Assembly: GCA_036522235.1 (NCBI GenBank)
Contig: DATDGG010000191.1
Span: forward strand, 5,466 to 69,465
Source: Xanthobacteraceae bacterium
GTDB taxonomy: Bacteria; Pseudomonadota; Alphaproteobacteria; Rhizobiales; Xanthobacteraceae
Reading direction: 5' to 3'
DNA: 64,000 bases
In this document: piece by piece, positions 26,769 to 35,526 of the stretch
Position numbering within the stretch: position 1 is the first letter of the stretch
How the letters are laid out: every line of letters starts with the position of its first letter
Made by a program: the position numbers and the translations under genes
Notes under the pieces: generated by a model
Told to the model about the DNA's origin: nothing
The model's input: the letters and a program-made list of their open reading frames with translations, nothing else
Databases searched by the model: none

Positions 26769-28399
26769 CGCAGATCACAGGCGGTCGAATAATCGATCCC
26801 GCCAATGGCAGGGATGGAACCGGCGATGTCTGGATCCGCGATGGGCGGATCGTCGAAGCCCCGTCGAGCGGCGTCACTGCCGACGAAACTTACGACGCGG
26901 GAGGCACAATCGTGATGGCGGGTGGCATCGATATCCATTCGCACATCGCAGGCAGTAACGTGAACACGGCGCGGTTGTTGCTACCGGAATACCATCGTGC
27001 GTTCGCGGCTCGGCCGGCGAAGACCCCGTTGTCTGAAATCGGTTGGGGGACTTTCGAGACCGGCTGCCTCTACGCCGCCATGGGGTTCACGATGGTGGTG
27101 GAACCAGCGGTCGCTCCGCATCATGCACTGCACGCGCATCTCGAACTCGCTGACATTCCAATCATCGACAAAGCCACGCTGTCGATCCTCGGCAACGACG
27201 ATTATCTGCTGGGCCTTATGCGCAAGAACGAGAACGGGTCCGCCGTCCGCGACTATGTCGCCTGGACGCTCGCGACCTCGCGTGCGCTTGGGATCAAGGT
27301 CGTCAATGCCGGAGGCGCTGTCGCCTTCAAGTCGAACGTACGCGCCTTCGCCTTGGATGACGTCGTTCCGTTCTACGGCGTGACGTCCCGCGCAATCGTC
27401 AAGACTCTGCAGCGCGCCGTCAATGAGCTCGGAGTGCCGCATCCGCTGCATGTTCACTGCAACAATCTGGGCCTCGCGGGCAACGCCGACACCGCGCTCG
27501 CGACGATCGCCGCGGCGGAAGGCTTGCCGCTTCATCTCGCGCACCTTCAGTTCTACGGCTACGGCAAGGAGGGCGAGCGTGGATTCTCTTCCGCGGCGCC
27601 AAGTCTTGCGGAGGCGGTCAATGGAGCAAAAAACGTGACCGTCGATGTCGGGCAGGTCATGTTCGGTCAGACCGTGACGATATCATCCGACGTGCTGCGC
27701 CAATTCAATGCGCTTGGCCATGCGCGCCCGAAAAAGTGGGTGATCTTCGATGGCGATTCGAACGGCGGCGGCATCGTGCCCTACAACTATCGTTCGAAGG
27801 ACTTTTACAACGCCGTGCAATGGTGCGTCGGCCTCGAGCTCTTTCTGTTGATCAGCGATCCGTGGCGGGTCTTCTTCACCACCGATCACCCGAACGGCGC
27901 GCCGTTCACGACCTATCCGGAGATCCTTGCGCTTCTCATGGATCACGATCTGCGCGCAAAATGGATCGAAACTCTGCCGCCTGCGGCTGTGCAGATGACC
28001 ACGCTGCCTTCGATCACGCGCGAATATTCGCTGACCGAAATTGCCACGATGACCCGCGCGGCTCCCGCGAAGCTTCTCGGGCTCAAGGACCGTGGACATC
28101 TCGGTGCCGGCGCCATCGCCGATATCGCGGTTTACGCGGATGATGCCGACAGGGCGAAGATGTTCCGCGCGGCCGCGCTCGTCTTCAAGAACGGCGAGCT
28201 TGTCGTCCGTGAGGGCCAAGTGACGCACCCTCGGTGGGGTCGCGCGATCACGGTGGACGCGCGGTATGACATGGCAATCGAGCAACGGATGCGAGACTAC
28301 TACGAGGATCGCTACGGAGTGCCGTATGACTTCATGGCCGTGCCGGAGAGCGCAATCGGCCGGCCTGATCCCTTCGAGTCGGTGCCATGCGCGAGCTGA
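26756..28399 (+). CDS. fhcA: Formyltransferase/hydrolase complex subunit A (amidohydrolase, FmdA-like)
   Basis: 547 aa. GGIDIHSHIAG metal motif and FTTDHPNG. Confidence 0.92.
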   Translation: MVMVTQITGGRIIDPANGRDGTGDVWIRDGRIVEAPSSGVTADETYDAGGTIVMAGGIDIHSHIAGSNVNTARLLLPEYHRAFAARPAKTPLSEIGWGTFETGCLYAAMGFTMVVEPAVAPHHALHAHLELADIPIIDKATLSILGNDDYLLGLMRKNENGSAVRDYVAWTLATSRALGIKVVNAGGAVAFKSNVRAFALDDVVPFYGVTSRAIVKTLQRAVNELGVPHPLHVHCNNLGLAGNADTALATIAAAEGLPLHLAHLQFYGYGKEGERGFSSAAPSLAEAVNGAKNVTVDVGQVMFGQTVTISSDVLRQFNALGHARPKKWVIFDGDSNGGGIVPYNYRSKDFYNAVQWCVGLELFLLISDPWRVFFTTDHPNGAPFTTYPEILALLMDHDLRAKWIETLPPAAVQMTTLPSITREYSLTEIATMTRAAPAKLLGLKDRGHLGAGAIADIAVYADDADRAKMFRAAALVFKNGELVVREGQVTHPRWGRAITVDARYDMAIEQRMRDYYEDRYGVPYDFMAVPESAIGRPDPFESVPCAS

Positions 28400-29292
28400 T
28401 CGTCAAGGGCGTGCGAGTCGACGATACGTTTGCGGAAGCCTTCGAGATGCGCGCCACGGCGCTCACCATCACCGCCGACGCTGCTCACTGGGCCCGGCAG
28501 GCCGCGGTGACGATGACGGGGTTTGGAACATCGGTCATCGGCTGCGGTTGCGAGGCCGGGATCGATCGGGAATTGGCGCCGAAAGAAACGCCGGACGGGC
28601 GGTTCGGCGTACGCGTGCTTCTGTTCGCGGTCTCCACAACGGAATTGCAGAAGCAGCTGCAGAACCGGGTGGCTCAATGTGTGCTCACGAGCCCGGGCTC
28701 GGCCTGCTACGCCGGGCTGCAAGGCGAGGAGTCGCTCAAGCTCGGCAATGCCGTGCGTTTTTTTGGTGACGGGTGGCAGATTTCCAAGCGCTTGGGGGGC
28801 AAGCGTTACTGGCGCGTGCCTGTGATGGACGGGGAGTTCGTGTGCGAAGCCACGACGGGTCTCACCAAACGGGCGGTCGGCGGCGGCAATCTGCTGATCA
28901 TGGGCGCCAGCGCCCAGCCGACACTGGCTGCGGCCGAAGCGGCAGTCAAGGCGATCAGTGCGGTGCCCGATGTCATCATGCCATTTCCGGGCGGTATCGC
29001 TCGGTCGGGATCGAAGGTCGGTTCGAAATATAAGGCACGCGCATCGACCAACGAGGCATATTGCCCAACGCTCAGGGGAACTGTGAACAGCGCGCTGGAT
29101 GAGGATATCGCCTCGGTGCTCGAGATCGTCATCGATGGACTGACGCGTGAGGCAGTCGCCGCCGCGATGCGGGCCGGAATTGCGGCAGTCGTCAAGCTTG
29201 GCCCCAAGCGGGGCGCCGTGCGCCTCGGCGCTGGCAACTACGGCGGCAAGCTCGGCCCTTACCATTTTCATCTGAAGGATTTGCGACCGTGA
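28387..29292 (+). CDS. fhcD: Formylmethanofuran:H4MPT formyltransferase (complex subunit D)
   Basis: 301 aa. Ftr-like throughout (VDDTFAEAFEMRATALTITA...). Confidence 0.92.
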   Translation: MRELIVKGVRVDDTFAEAFEMRATALTITADAAHWARQAAVTMTGFGTSVIGCGCEAGIDRELAPKETPDGRFGVRVLLFAVSTTELQKQLQNRVAQCVLTSPGSACYAGLQGEESLKLGNAVRFFGDGWQISKRLGGKRYWRVPVMDGEFVCEATTGLTKRAVGGGNLLIMGASAQPTLAAAEAAVKAISAVPDVIMPFPGGIARSGSKVGSKYKARASTNEAYCPTLRGTVNSALDEDIASVLEIVIDGLTREAVAAAMRAGIAAVVKLGPKRGAVRLGAGNYGGKLGPYHFHLKDLRP

Positions 29293-30101
29293 AGCCGCTG
29301 GTGTTGACGTTGCGGGAGCAGCCCGAGCAGCGGCTCGATCTATCGCCGTTGGTGCCGCATCGGCTCGCCGGCAAAACGGCTACGGAGATTGATGGGCTAG
29401 AGCTACAGACGACCCGTCGTCGCGTGACAGTTGGCGACGTCTTTCGCATCGCGCCCGGCGACCCTCAGGGGATGCGCATCGAAAATGCCTGCGATCGGCT
29501 CGATCTGGTGGGACATGGAATGGCGGGCGGCGAGATCGTGGTCGAGGGCGACGTCGGAAATCAGGTCGGGCGGCTGATGACGGGCGGGCGGCTGACGATC
29601 AAGGGCAGCGTGGGCTTGTGGGCAGCGTCGGGGATGAGGGGCGGTCAAATCGAAATTGAGGATACCGCCGGTGATTGGCTGGGCGGCCCGCTCGGGGGCG
29701 AGATGGCGGGCATGCGCGGCGGGGTCGTCGTTGTTCGGGGCAACGCCGGCGATCGCGCCGGCGATCGTATGCGCCGAGGCACGATCATCGTTGAAGGCAA
29801 CGCCGGTAATCACGCCGGGAGCCGCATGATTGCCGGGACGGTGATCATATGTCGCACCGCCGGCTCGCTCCCGGGCTATCTCATGCGCCGTGGTACCATC
29901 GTGCTCGGGCATGGCTGCGATGAATGGTCGCCGACGTTCCTCGATTGCGGTGTCCACGACCTGGTTGCGTCCAAGCTGCTGGCGGCGTTCGTCAGGGATT
30001 ACAGCGCCCGAGCCGCCGCCGTCTTCCGATCCCCGCTGAGGCGATTCGCCGGCGACACGGCAGTGCTCGGGAAAGGCGAGATTTTCTGCGCGGAAAGGTG
30101 A
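29289..30101 (+). CDS. fhcC: Formyltransferase/hydrolase complex subunit C (FmdC-like beta-helix)
   Basis: GTGA overlap with fhcD. Repeated G-x-x-G-x-x-x-G turns (GGEIVVEGDVG, GGRLTIKGSVG, GGQIEIEDTAG...). Confidence 0.9.
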   Translation: MKPLVLTLREQPEQRLDLSPLVPHRLAGKTATEIDGLELQTTRRRVTVGDVFRIAPGDPQGMRIENACDRLDLVGHGMAGGEIVVEGDVGNQVGRLMTGGRLTIKGSVGLWAASGMRGGQIEIEDTAGDWLGGPLGGEMAGMRGGVVVVRGNAGDRAGDRMRRGTIIVEGNAGNHAGSRMIAGTVIICRTAGSLPGYLMRRGTIVLGHGCDEWSPTFLDCGVHDLVASKLLAAFVRDYSARAAAVFRSPLRRFAGDTAVLGKGEIFCAER

Positions 30102-30331
30102 AGCCCTCGTTGGCTGCGATCGCAGCTATGACGATTATCGGTTGATCGGCGAGTGGGGAATGGCTATGGGCATGATCGAGTTGATTGTGTCGGTATGCGT
30201 ACTTTCGCAGCCCAATCAATGCCAGGATCAACATCTCAGGTTTGCGTCAAGCCTGTCGGTCCGGCAGTGCGTCAGGAGCGCGCGCGCCCAATGTCGCGGC
30301 GCGAGTATGCGGATAGTTGGGAGGAATTTTG

Positions 30332-31168
30332 ATGCGCGCCGAATTGCGCGCGAAGCGCGATGCCTTTCTGAGCACGATAGGCTCCCGTCCTGTCGTCATG
30401 GGAATTCTGAATTTGACCCCGGACTCGTTCTCCGATGGAGGTCGGTTCCACACTTTCGATGCCGCCATCGCTCACGCAAAGACGATGGTCGCCCAGGGCT
30501 GTGACATCGTCGATATCGGTGGGGAGTCGACACGACCTGCGGCCACTCCTGTGCCTGAAGCGGATGAATTCGGACGCATCGAGCCGATCTTGATGGAATT
30601 GGCGCGCGTTCTCGACGCGCCGCTGTCGATCGATACTTACAAGTCCGCCGTCGCGGCGAGGGCCGTCGAGATCGGCGCGATCCTGGTCAACGACGTTTGG
30701 GGACTGCAAAAGGACCCAAGGATGGCCGACGTGGTCGCGGAAACGGAAGCGGCGGTCGTCATCATGCACAATCGGGCGGAGAGGGACGAGACAGTCGATA
30801 TTTTCGCTGACATTCGGCGCTTCTTCGATCGCTCGCTGGCGCTCGCGGCGAGGGCGGGCATACCGAGAGAATACCTTATCCTCGATCCCGGTGTGGGCTT
30901 CGGCAAGACCGCGCGCCAGAACGTCGAAGCCTTGGCGCGGATCCCCGATCTCAAGGAATACGGGCTGCCAATTCTTGTCGGCGCATCGCGCAAGACTTTT
31001 CTCGGCTCGCTGACCGGCGACGGCATTGAAGGCACTCTCGCCGGAACCCTAGCAGTCAGTCTTGCCGCAGCCGCCGGCGGCGCCTTGCTCTTCCGGATCC
31101 ACGACGTTGCCGAGCACGTCGCGGCTCTCAGGGTGTTCCAGACGATCCGCAACAGTGCCGGACATTGA
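30332..31168 (+). CDS. folP: Dihydropteroate synthase-family protein
   Basis: GGGAGGA SD 7 nt before the ATG at 30332. VMGILNLTPDSFSDGG, DIVDIGGESTRP and GASRKTFLG motifs. Confidence 0.9.
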   Translation: MRAELRAKRDAFLSTIGSRPVVMGILNLTPDSFSDGGRFHTFDAAIAHAKTMVAQGCDIVDIGGESTRPAATPVPEADEFGRIEPILMELARVLDAPLSIDTYKSAVAARAVEIGAILVNDVWGLQKDPRMADVVAETEAAVVIMHNRAERDETVDIFADIRRFFDRSLALAARAGIPREYLILDPGVGFGKTARQNVEALARIPDLKEYGLPILVGASRKTFLGSLTGDGIEGTLAGTLAVSLAAAAGGALLFRIHDVAEHVAALRVFQTIRNSAGH

Positions 31169-31170
31169 TT

Positions 31171-31524
31171 TCAAATGCGACAATCGGTCAGTTGCCTCTC
31201 CTCTATCGAGAAAATGGCACCGGCCTTCACCTCCACATCGCGCACGATGCAGACGCGGCCGATCTTATCGGCAAGCTTGATGTCGTAGCGTCCTGGTTCA
31301 ATGCCGGTAATCCGCAGCCGTTCGTCGTGATCAACCGTCCCATCGCGATCGTTCTTGCATTGGTTGGGACCCCATGCATCTTTACCAGCCGGCGACATCT
31401 GTAGGTTCGTGATCGTATGCAAAGTGAGATTCCAGAACCGGACGTCCCCGCGATCCTGGGCCATCGCGGTACAGCCGATCAGTCCGAGGGCAATCGAGCC
31501 AAGCAATAAGTTGCGCATATTCAC
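31171..31524 (-). CDS. Small hypothetical lipoprotein
   Basis: MNMRNLLLGSIALGLIG|C lipobox. 117 aa. Acidic stretch KNDRDGTVDHDE. Confidence 0.6.
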   Translation of the reverse strand: MNMRNLLLGSIALGLIGCTAMAQDRGDVRFWNLTLHTITNLQMSPAGKDAWGPNQCKNDRDGTVDHDERLRITGIEPGRYDIKLADKIGRVCIVRDVEVKAGAIFSIEERQLTDCRI

Positions 31525-31572
31525 CTCCTTGAGACCGTGCTTTGCGTGCGCGGCGCAACCGCGGTGCGCGAT

Positions 31573-32376
31573 TCATTCGCGCAAGAGGCGGTCGATGTTC
31601 TGCGCCTTGTCGAGGTTCTTGGCAGCGTCGAGCCCGATCGGCGCTATGAGCCTCGTCGATACGAGGTCCGCTCCGAGGAAATCGGTGCCGACAATCGTGA
31701 CGCCGGTAAGCGTCGCTCCGCCCAGTGCGGCGCCCCTCAGCGAGGCGTTGGTCAGATCCGTATTCCTGAGAGATGCGAATTCGAGGTCGACCCGCGATAG
31801 ATCCGCGTCGCGCAAGTTCGCGCGCTCGAGATTGGCAGATTTCAGCACGGCGCGCATGAGCCCCATGGATTGGTTCTTCATGTCGGCACTGAGGTTGGAA
31901 CCAACGAGCGTGGCGCCCACCAGGCGCGCCCCGGTAAGATCGGCTGCGATGCGGGCACCCGAGAGATCGGCTCCATCGAGCGTCGCCCGCTGCATTTGGG
32001 CAGCGAAAATCTTCGCCTCTTTGAGGCTCGCTCGGCTGAGATCGGCCTCCAGAAGCCAAGCCTGATCGAGTATCGCACGGTCAAGCTTCGCATCGGCGAG
32101 CTTGGTCCTGTTGAGCTTGGCGGCGCGGAACACCGCGCCGGAGAGATCGAGACCGGAGAGATCGAGGCCCGAGAGCCTCCTGCCGGTGAAATCGGCCGGC
32201 TGTGCCGATGTCGCCGCGGCGATCGCGGCCTCGACGTCTGCGCGCGTCATCTCGGCGGAAACCATCTCGGGCGATGTCGCGTCGATGTGCCGCATCATGT
32301 CCTGCGCCGCCGCAGAGGTGGCGGAGATGATGCCGGTCATCCCCAATACAGCCGCCCAAATCGCTGCGTGTCGCAT
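31573..32376 (-). CDS. Secreted pentapeptide-repeat protein
   Basis: Signal peptide, then long A(D/N)LxX runs (LSGLDLSGLDLSGAVFRAAKLNRTKLADAKLDRA...). Confidence 0.88.
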   Translation of the reverse strand: MRHAAIWAAVLGMTGIISATSAAAQDMMRHIDATSPEMVSAEMTRADVEAAIAAATSAQPADFTGRRLSGLDLSGLDLSGAVFRAAKLNRTKLADAKLDRAILDQAWLLEADLSRASLKEAKIFAAQMQRATLDGADLSGARIAADLTGARLVGATLVGSNLSADMKNQSMGLMRAVLKSANLERANLRDADLSRVDLEFASLRNTDLTNASLRGAALGGATLTGVTIVGTDFLGADLVSTRLIAPIGLDAAKNLDKAQNIDRLLRE

Positions 32377-32561
32377 CGTGGTGCTTCCGACCTCAGCCTT
32401 CGATATCGAGCCGTCGTGGCCGCCGGCAGGCTGACGACCCCATTATGGCCCCGGGCGTCGATGCGAGATCGCGCCCTTCGGATCACGTTCGCGCGACTAT
32501 CGGGTCGAGCCAGAGGATGAAGTTTCCGCGCGCCAGGATCGGTCGTTGACAGAGTCGACGA

Positions 32562-33239
32562 TCAACGCTTGCTTCTGTTGCGCCCGACCAATCGCTCGAC
32601 CGCGGACGGCAAATCCGCCATCGAACGAATGACCGTATCGGCGCCCGCCGCGGCGAGGCGTCGAGCCAAATCATCGCTTGCGTGGCTTGCGCCCGCGAAT
32701 CCGATCGCGGCCATGCCTGCAGCCCGGGCGGCTTCGACGCCGCGGGTCGAATCTTCAATGACGACGCAGCCTGAAGGGTCTTCGCCGAGGGAGCGAGCAG
32801 CCAACAGGAAGAGATCCGGTGCGGGTTTACCGCTTGCGACCTGCACTGCGCTGAAGACATCGTTTCCGAACAATGGCGAGAGACCAGTCAACTCAAGCGA
32901 AAGCATCAGGCGGTCGGGTGGCGATGACGAAGCCACACATCGTCGATAGGGCAAGGCCGCGATAGCTTCCCTTACGCCAGCGACCGCCGTGAGCTCGCGG
33001 CGAAAGTCGCCCAGCAGTTGGCGCGCGGCCTGGTATCCCAGCTGTTCGGGAATCGGGCGACACAAGATTTCTTCGGCCCGCGCCAGCACGTCCTTCACGC
33101 CGTATCCAGTGAAGACCAGCACGGCCTCTTCGGTGGTCATCGGGCGACCGAGTTTGGTCATGAGCTCGGCCAGCCTTGCGCAGGCGAGGCGCTCCGAATC
33201 GACGAGGACGCCGTCACAGTCGAAGATGAGGAGAGTCAT
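32562..33239 (-). CDS. HAD-superfamily hydrolase (beta-phosphoglucomutase-like subfamily IA)
   Basis: [16 protein letters not shown] motif I. GKPAPD and [16 protein letters not shown] motifs. The ORF is open up to 33470 but the HAD core begins at 33239. Confidence 0.85.
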   Translation of the reverse strand: MTLLIFDCDGVLVDSERLACARLAELMTKLGRPMTTEEAVLVFTGYGVKDVLARAEEILCRPIPEQLGYQAARQLLGDFRRELTAVAGVREAIAALPYRRCVASSSPPDRLMLSLELTGLSPLFGNDVFSAVQVASGKPAPDLFLLAARSLGEDPSGCVVIEDSTRGVEAARAAGMAAIGFAGASHASDDLARRLAAAGADTVIRSMADLPSAVERLVGRNRSKR

Positions 33240-33454
33240 GTCGGTGCATAGACGGTCATGGGTTACTCCGTCGCTCGGCATCACCAGCTCGTCGTTGATC
33301 TTGTAGGTACTGGCTTGCGGTGCGTAGCCGTTGCAGCGGCGAATTTGGTCGCCCCGAGTTCCAATCTGAAGCATTTCGGTAACAGTCGCCAAAAAAATAT
33401 GCACGACTGCTTTGCCGAGTGGCATTTCATGCGGCTTGGGCGTAAACACGAACG

Positions 33455-33632
33455 CGGCTTCCGGCTTCAACGATGTCAGTCTCAGGGCGCGCTGACGTTT
33501 CTTCGGAGGTCAAGCGGGGCGAGAAGAGAAAAATCATCCCTCTCACCCCACTCGGCTGTGACACGCTGCCGGAAGGTTGCCCCATTGCAAGTGTCGGCCT
33601 CTTCGAAAGGCCAGCGACGACTCAAGTCGCGA
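33455..33632 (+). ncRNA. Candidate structured leader element, copy A (upstream of the beta-barrel gene)
   Basis: CTTCCGGC (33458-65) pairs with GCCGGAAG (33568-75), enclosing GTCAG/CTGAC and GGGGCGAGA/TCTCACCCC hairpins. GCGAC-loop-GTCGC at 33614-30. Block-wise alignment to 35527-35722. Confidence 0.45.
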
Positions 33633-33756
33633 CCGTGAAACTCCGGGCTCCTGCAACGCACGTCGTTGTGGGTGTTCTCGCCAATAGACATTGAAATCCA
33701 AGGGGGCCAACGAAGAATTGCGACACTTGTCAACGTCTGCATCGGAGGACACGCAG

Positions 33757-34665
33757 GTGACAAGAAAAACGCAAGTGACGAACAACTCGATTGTGTTGGC
33801 GACAGCATGCGCGATGTCGCTTTGCGCCACCGCCCCGGTTGCTTTGGCCGGGTCCGTCACACAGCCGGGTGAAACCGTGGGAGTTGCAGCCGGTGCTCCT
33901 CTCCCCGAGGGGCTCTATTTCGTCAACACCGCGGACTGGGGCAACAGGAGCGGCGTCAACACGGCTGTCGGCGTAGATATTCCGGTTGTTGCCTGGTCGA
34001 CTCCTTGGAAGATCTTCGGCGCCCGGGTGCAATTCTTGGCGGCTACGCCGGTGATCGAAGTCGGCGTCCACAATACGACTTATCTGCGCAGCATCTACAA
34101 TCCGCTCGTCTCCGGCCAATTGGCCTGGGACCTCGGAAACGGATGGGGCTTCAGCTATTTGCTTGGGGCCTACTTTGACGTGCATGAAGAGCTCGCCTGG
34201 AGCTCGACCTCGCTCAACCAGCGGTTCGCGCTGAGCTATGCTGGCAACGGCTGGAACCTCACCGCGAACCTCATCTACGGCATACAATTCGACAAGGTCA
34301 CGGGTCGACCGCAAATATCGCCGTGTCCAGTCCCGTTTGGATTGAATGGTTGCAATCCGGACTTCCTGAACGTCGACCTGACGGCGACCAAGAGTTTCGG
34401 CAAGTGGGCGATCGGTCCGGTTGCCTTCGGCTCTACCGATTTGACCACGCCGATTGCCGGCTATCAGAGGCAAAGCCAGTTCGCCTTGGGTGGCCTCGTG
34501 GGATACGACTTCGGTCCGATCACCGTGCAAGGCTACGTTACTTCGGACGTGTACGAGAAAAATTATGGCGGCTTTGACACCCGCGTGTGGGGGCGATTGA
34601 TCATCCCCATCTGGAATCCTGCAGCTCCGGCTCCAGCGCCAAAGCCGCTTTATCGGAAAGGCTGA
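33757..34665 (+). CDS. Outer-membrane beta-barrel protein (phenol-degradation MetA-like / transporter family, tentative)
   Basis: GTG at 33757 is 7 nt after GGAGGA. Signal peptide ...ATACAMSLCATAPVALA. Alternating beta-strand pattern with an aromatic C-terminal strand (RVWGRLIIPIW). Confidence 0.7.
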   Translation: MTRKTQVTNNSIVLATACAMSLCATAPVALAGSVTQPGETVGVAAGAPLPEGLYFVNTADWGNRSGVNTAVGVDIPVVAWSTPWKIFGARVQFLAATPVIEVGVHNTTYLRSIYNPLVSGQLAWDLGNGWGFSYLLGAYFDVHEELAWSSTSLNQRFALSYAGNGWNLTANLIYGIQFDKVTGRPQISPCPVPFGLNGCNPDFLNVDLTATKSFGKWAIGPVAFGSTDLTTPIAGYQRQSQFALGGLVGYDFGPITVQGYVTSDVYEKNYGGFDTRVWGRLIIPIWNPAAPAPAPKPLYRKG

Positions 34666-34687
34666 ATTCAGCCTGCCGACCAAGTCT

Positions 34688-34723
34688 GCCCGGACGCTCC
34701 GGCGTCCGGGCGTCTTTTGGTTT
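34688..34723 (+). terminator. Rho-independent terminator after the beta-barrel gene
   Basis: Perfect 10-bp stem GCCCGGACGC-tccg-GCGTCCGGGC followed by GTCTTTTGGTTT. Confidence 0.8.
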
Positions 34724-34832
34724 CGGCAATCGGCGGCCGAATGTCGGCGAGCAGCGAGCCACTTGAGCGCATTCTTTGAGCGCATATGATGATGGCGCGC
34801 AAGATCGTGTGCTTGTCCGACGTTGTCCTCGG

Positions 34833-35201
34833 ATGTTCGCGATGACGCTCATTGAAGCTGCACGGGGCTTCGGCTTGGTGCTCACGGCGGTGGCCGGTGT
34901 CGCCGCTCCAATCGCCGCGGCCGAGCTCAACGATTATCCCACCGCGGCACGCGCCGACTACGTGTTCGCCTGCATGAAGACAAACGGTGAGACGCGGCAG
35001 GCCTTGGAGCGGTGTTCATGCTCCATCGACGTGATCGCATCAATCCTGCCCTACGACCGCTATGTCGCGGCGGAAACCGTCCTGAGCTTGTCGCAGGTGC
35101 CGGGCCGGTTCGGTGCCATGTTCCAGACGCCCGAACAGGCCAAAATGGCAACCAATGAGCTCCGGCGTGCGCAGGCCGAGGCCGAGGTTCGTTGTTTCTA
35201 G
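34833..35201 (+). CDS. Hypothetical exported Cys-containing protein
   Basis: MFAMTLIEAARGFGLVLTAVAGVAAPIAAA signal-like N-terminus. Conserved-looking ACMKTNG...LERCSCSIDV...EVRCF. No family assigned. Confidence 0.55.
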   Translation: MFAMTLIEAARGFGLVLTAVAGVAAPIAAAELNDYPTAARADYVFACMKTNGETRQALERCSCSIDVIASILPYDRYVAAETVLSLSQVPGRFGAMFQTPEQAKMATNELRRAQAEAEVRCF

Positions 35202-35389
35202 TTTGTCGCGCTCGGATCGTTGCACCTCCGCGCTCGTCGGCACATCATCCCCGCGTCCCGGTGCCGCAAGTAGCCCGAAGCAGAGGTCGGGTGTGACAGA
35301 GTGCCTCACGCCTATTTGAACGTATGCTCGGCTCGGCGGTGCCGGGATGACCCGGGCGCCCGTCCTCGATTCATTGCCCATTAAACGGC

Positions 35390-35415
35390 GAGAGGTATCG
35401 AGAGGTATCGAGGTA
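35390..35415 (+). repeat. Tandem decamer GAGAGGTATC x2 plus partial GAGGTA
   Basis: Read directly: GAGAGGTATC GAGAGGTATC GAGGTA. It lies about 320 nt upstream of the xoxF ATG and about 110 nt upstream of leader copy B. Confidence 0.8.
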
Positions 35416-35526
35416 AAATGGCCACGAAGAGGCTTGCTCCCCCAAGGCAACGTGGAACGCGGCGGGGGCGATTTGACACAAGGTTTCTGTTGCGGTCGGC
35501 GAAAGGCGGACATAGACTTTTGGTTA

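Noticed and set aside
30142-30504. ORF MIGEWGMAMGMIELIVSVCVLSQPNQCQ..., considered as a paralogue of the small Cys protein at 48720-48986 and as a gene between fhcC and folP.
   Set aside because: The resemblance is limited to a hydrophobic N-terminus plus cysteines with different spacing. The ORF would overlap folP by about 170 nt in another frame. The first ~45 codons do look coding-like, so a short or decayed gene cannot be excluded, but I cannot support a call.
29289-32376. Periodic sequence in fhcC (GxxGxxxG turns), in the pentapeptide-repeat gene and in the Gly/Ser/Ala-rich part of gspD (about 8940-9210), considered as possible tandem repeats or a CRISPR-like array.
   Set aside because: The periodicity is at the protein level, inside intact reading frames. 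There are no identical direct repeats with unique spacers.
33258-33694. Short ORFs (33258-33638, 33473-33694) whose products share LTFLRR...AVTRCRK with a frame across the xoxF leader. This might suggest a conserved leader peptide.
   Set aside because: The two DNA copies differ by indels that are not multiples of three, so the shared peptide fragments fall in different frames upstream. There is no common start codon. The helix-compensating changes fit RNA, not protein.
34833-35201. Searched the xoxF neighbourhood for a lanmodulin-like protein (multiple EF hands with Pro at position 2).
   Set aside because: Neither this 122-aa exported protein nor any other small ORF nearby has EF-hand loops. 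The DRDGTVDHDE loop in 31171-31524 does not fit canonical spacing.
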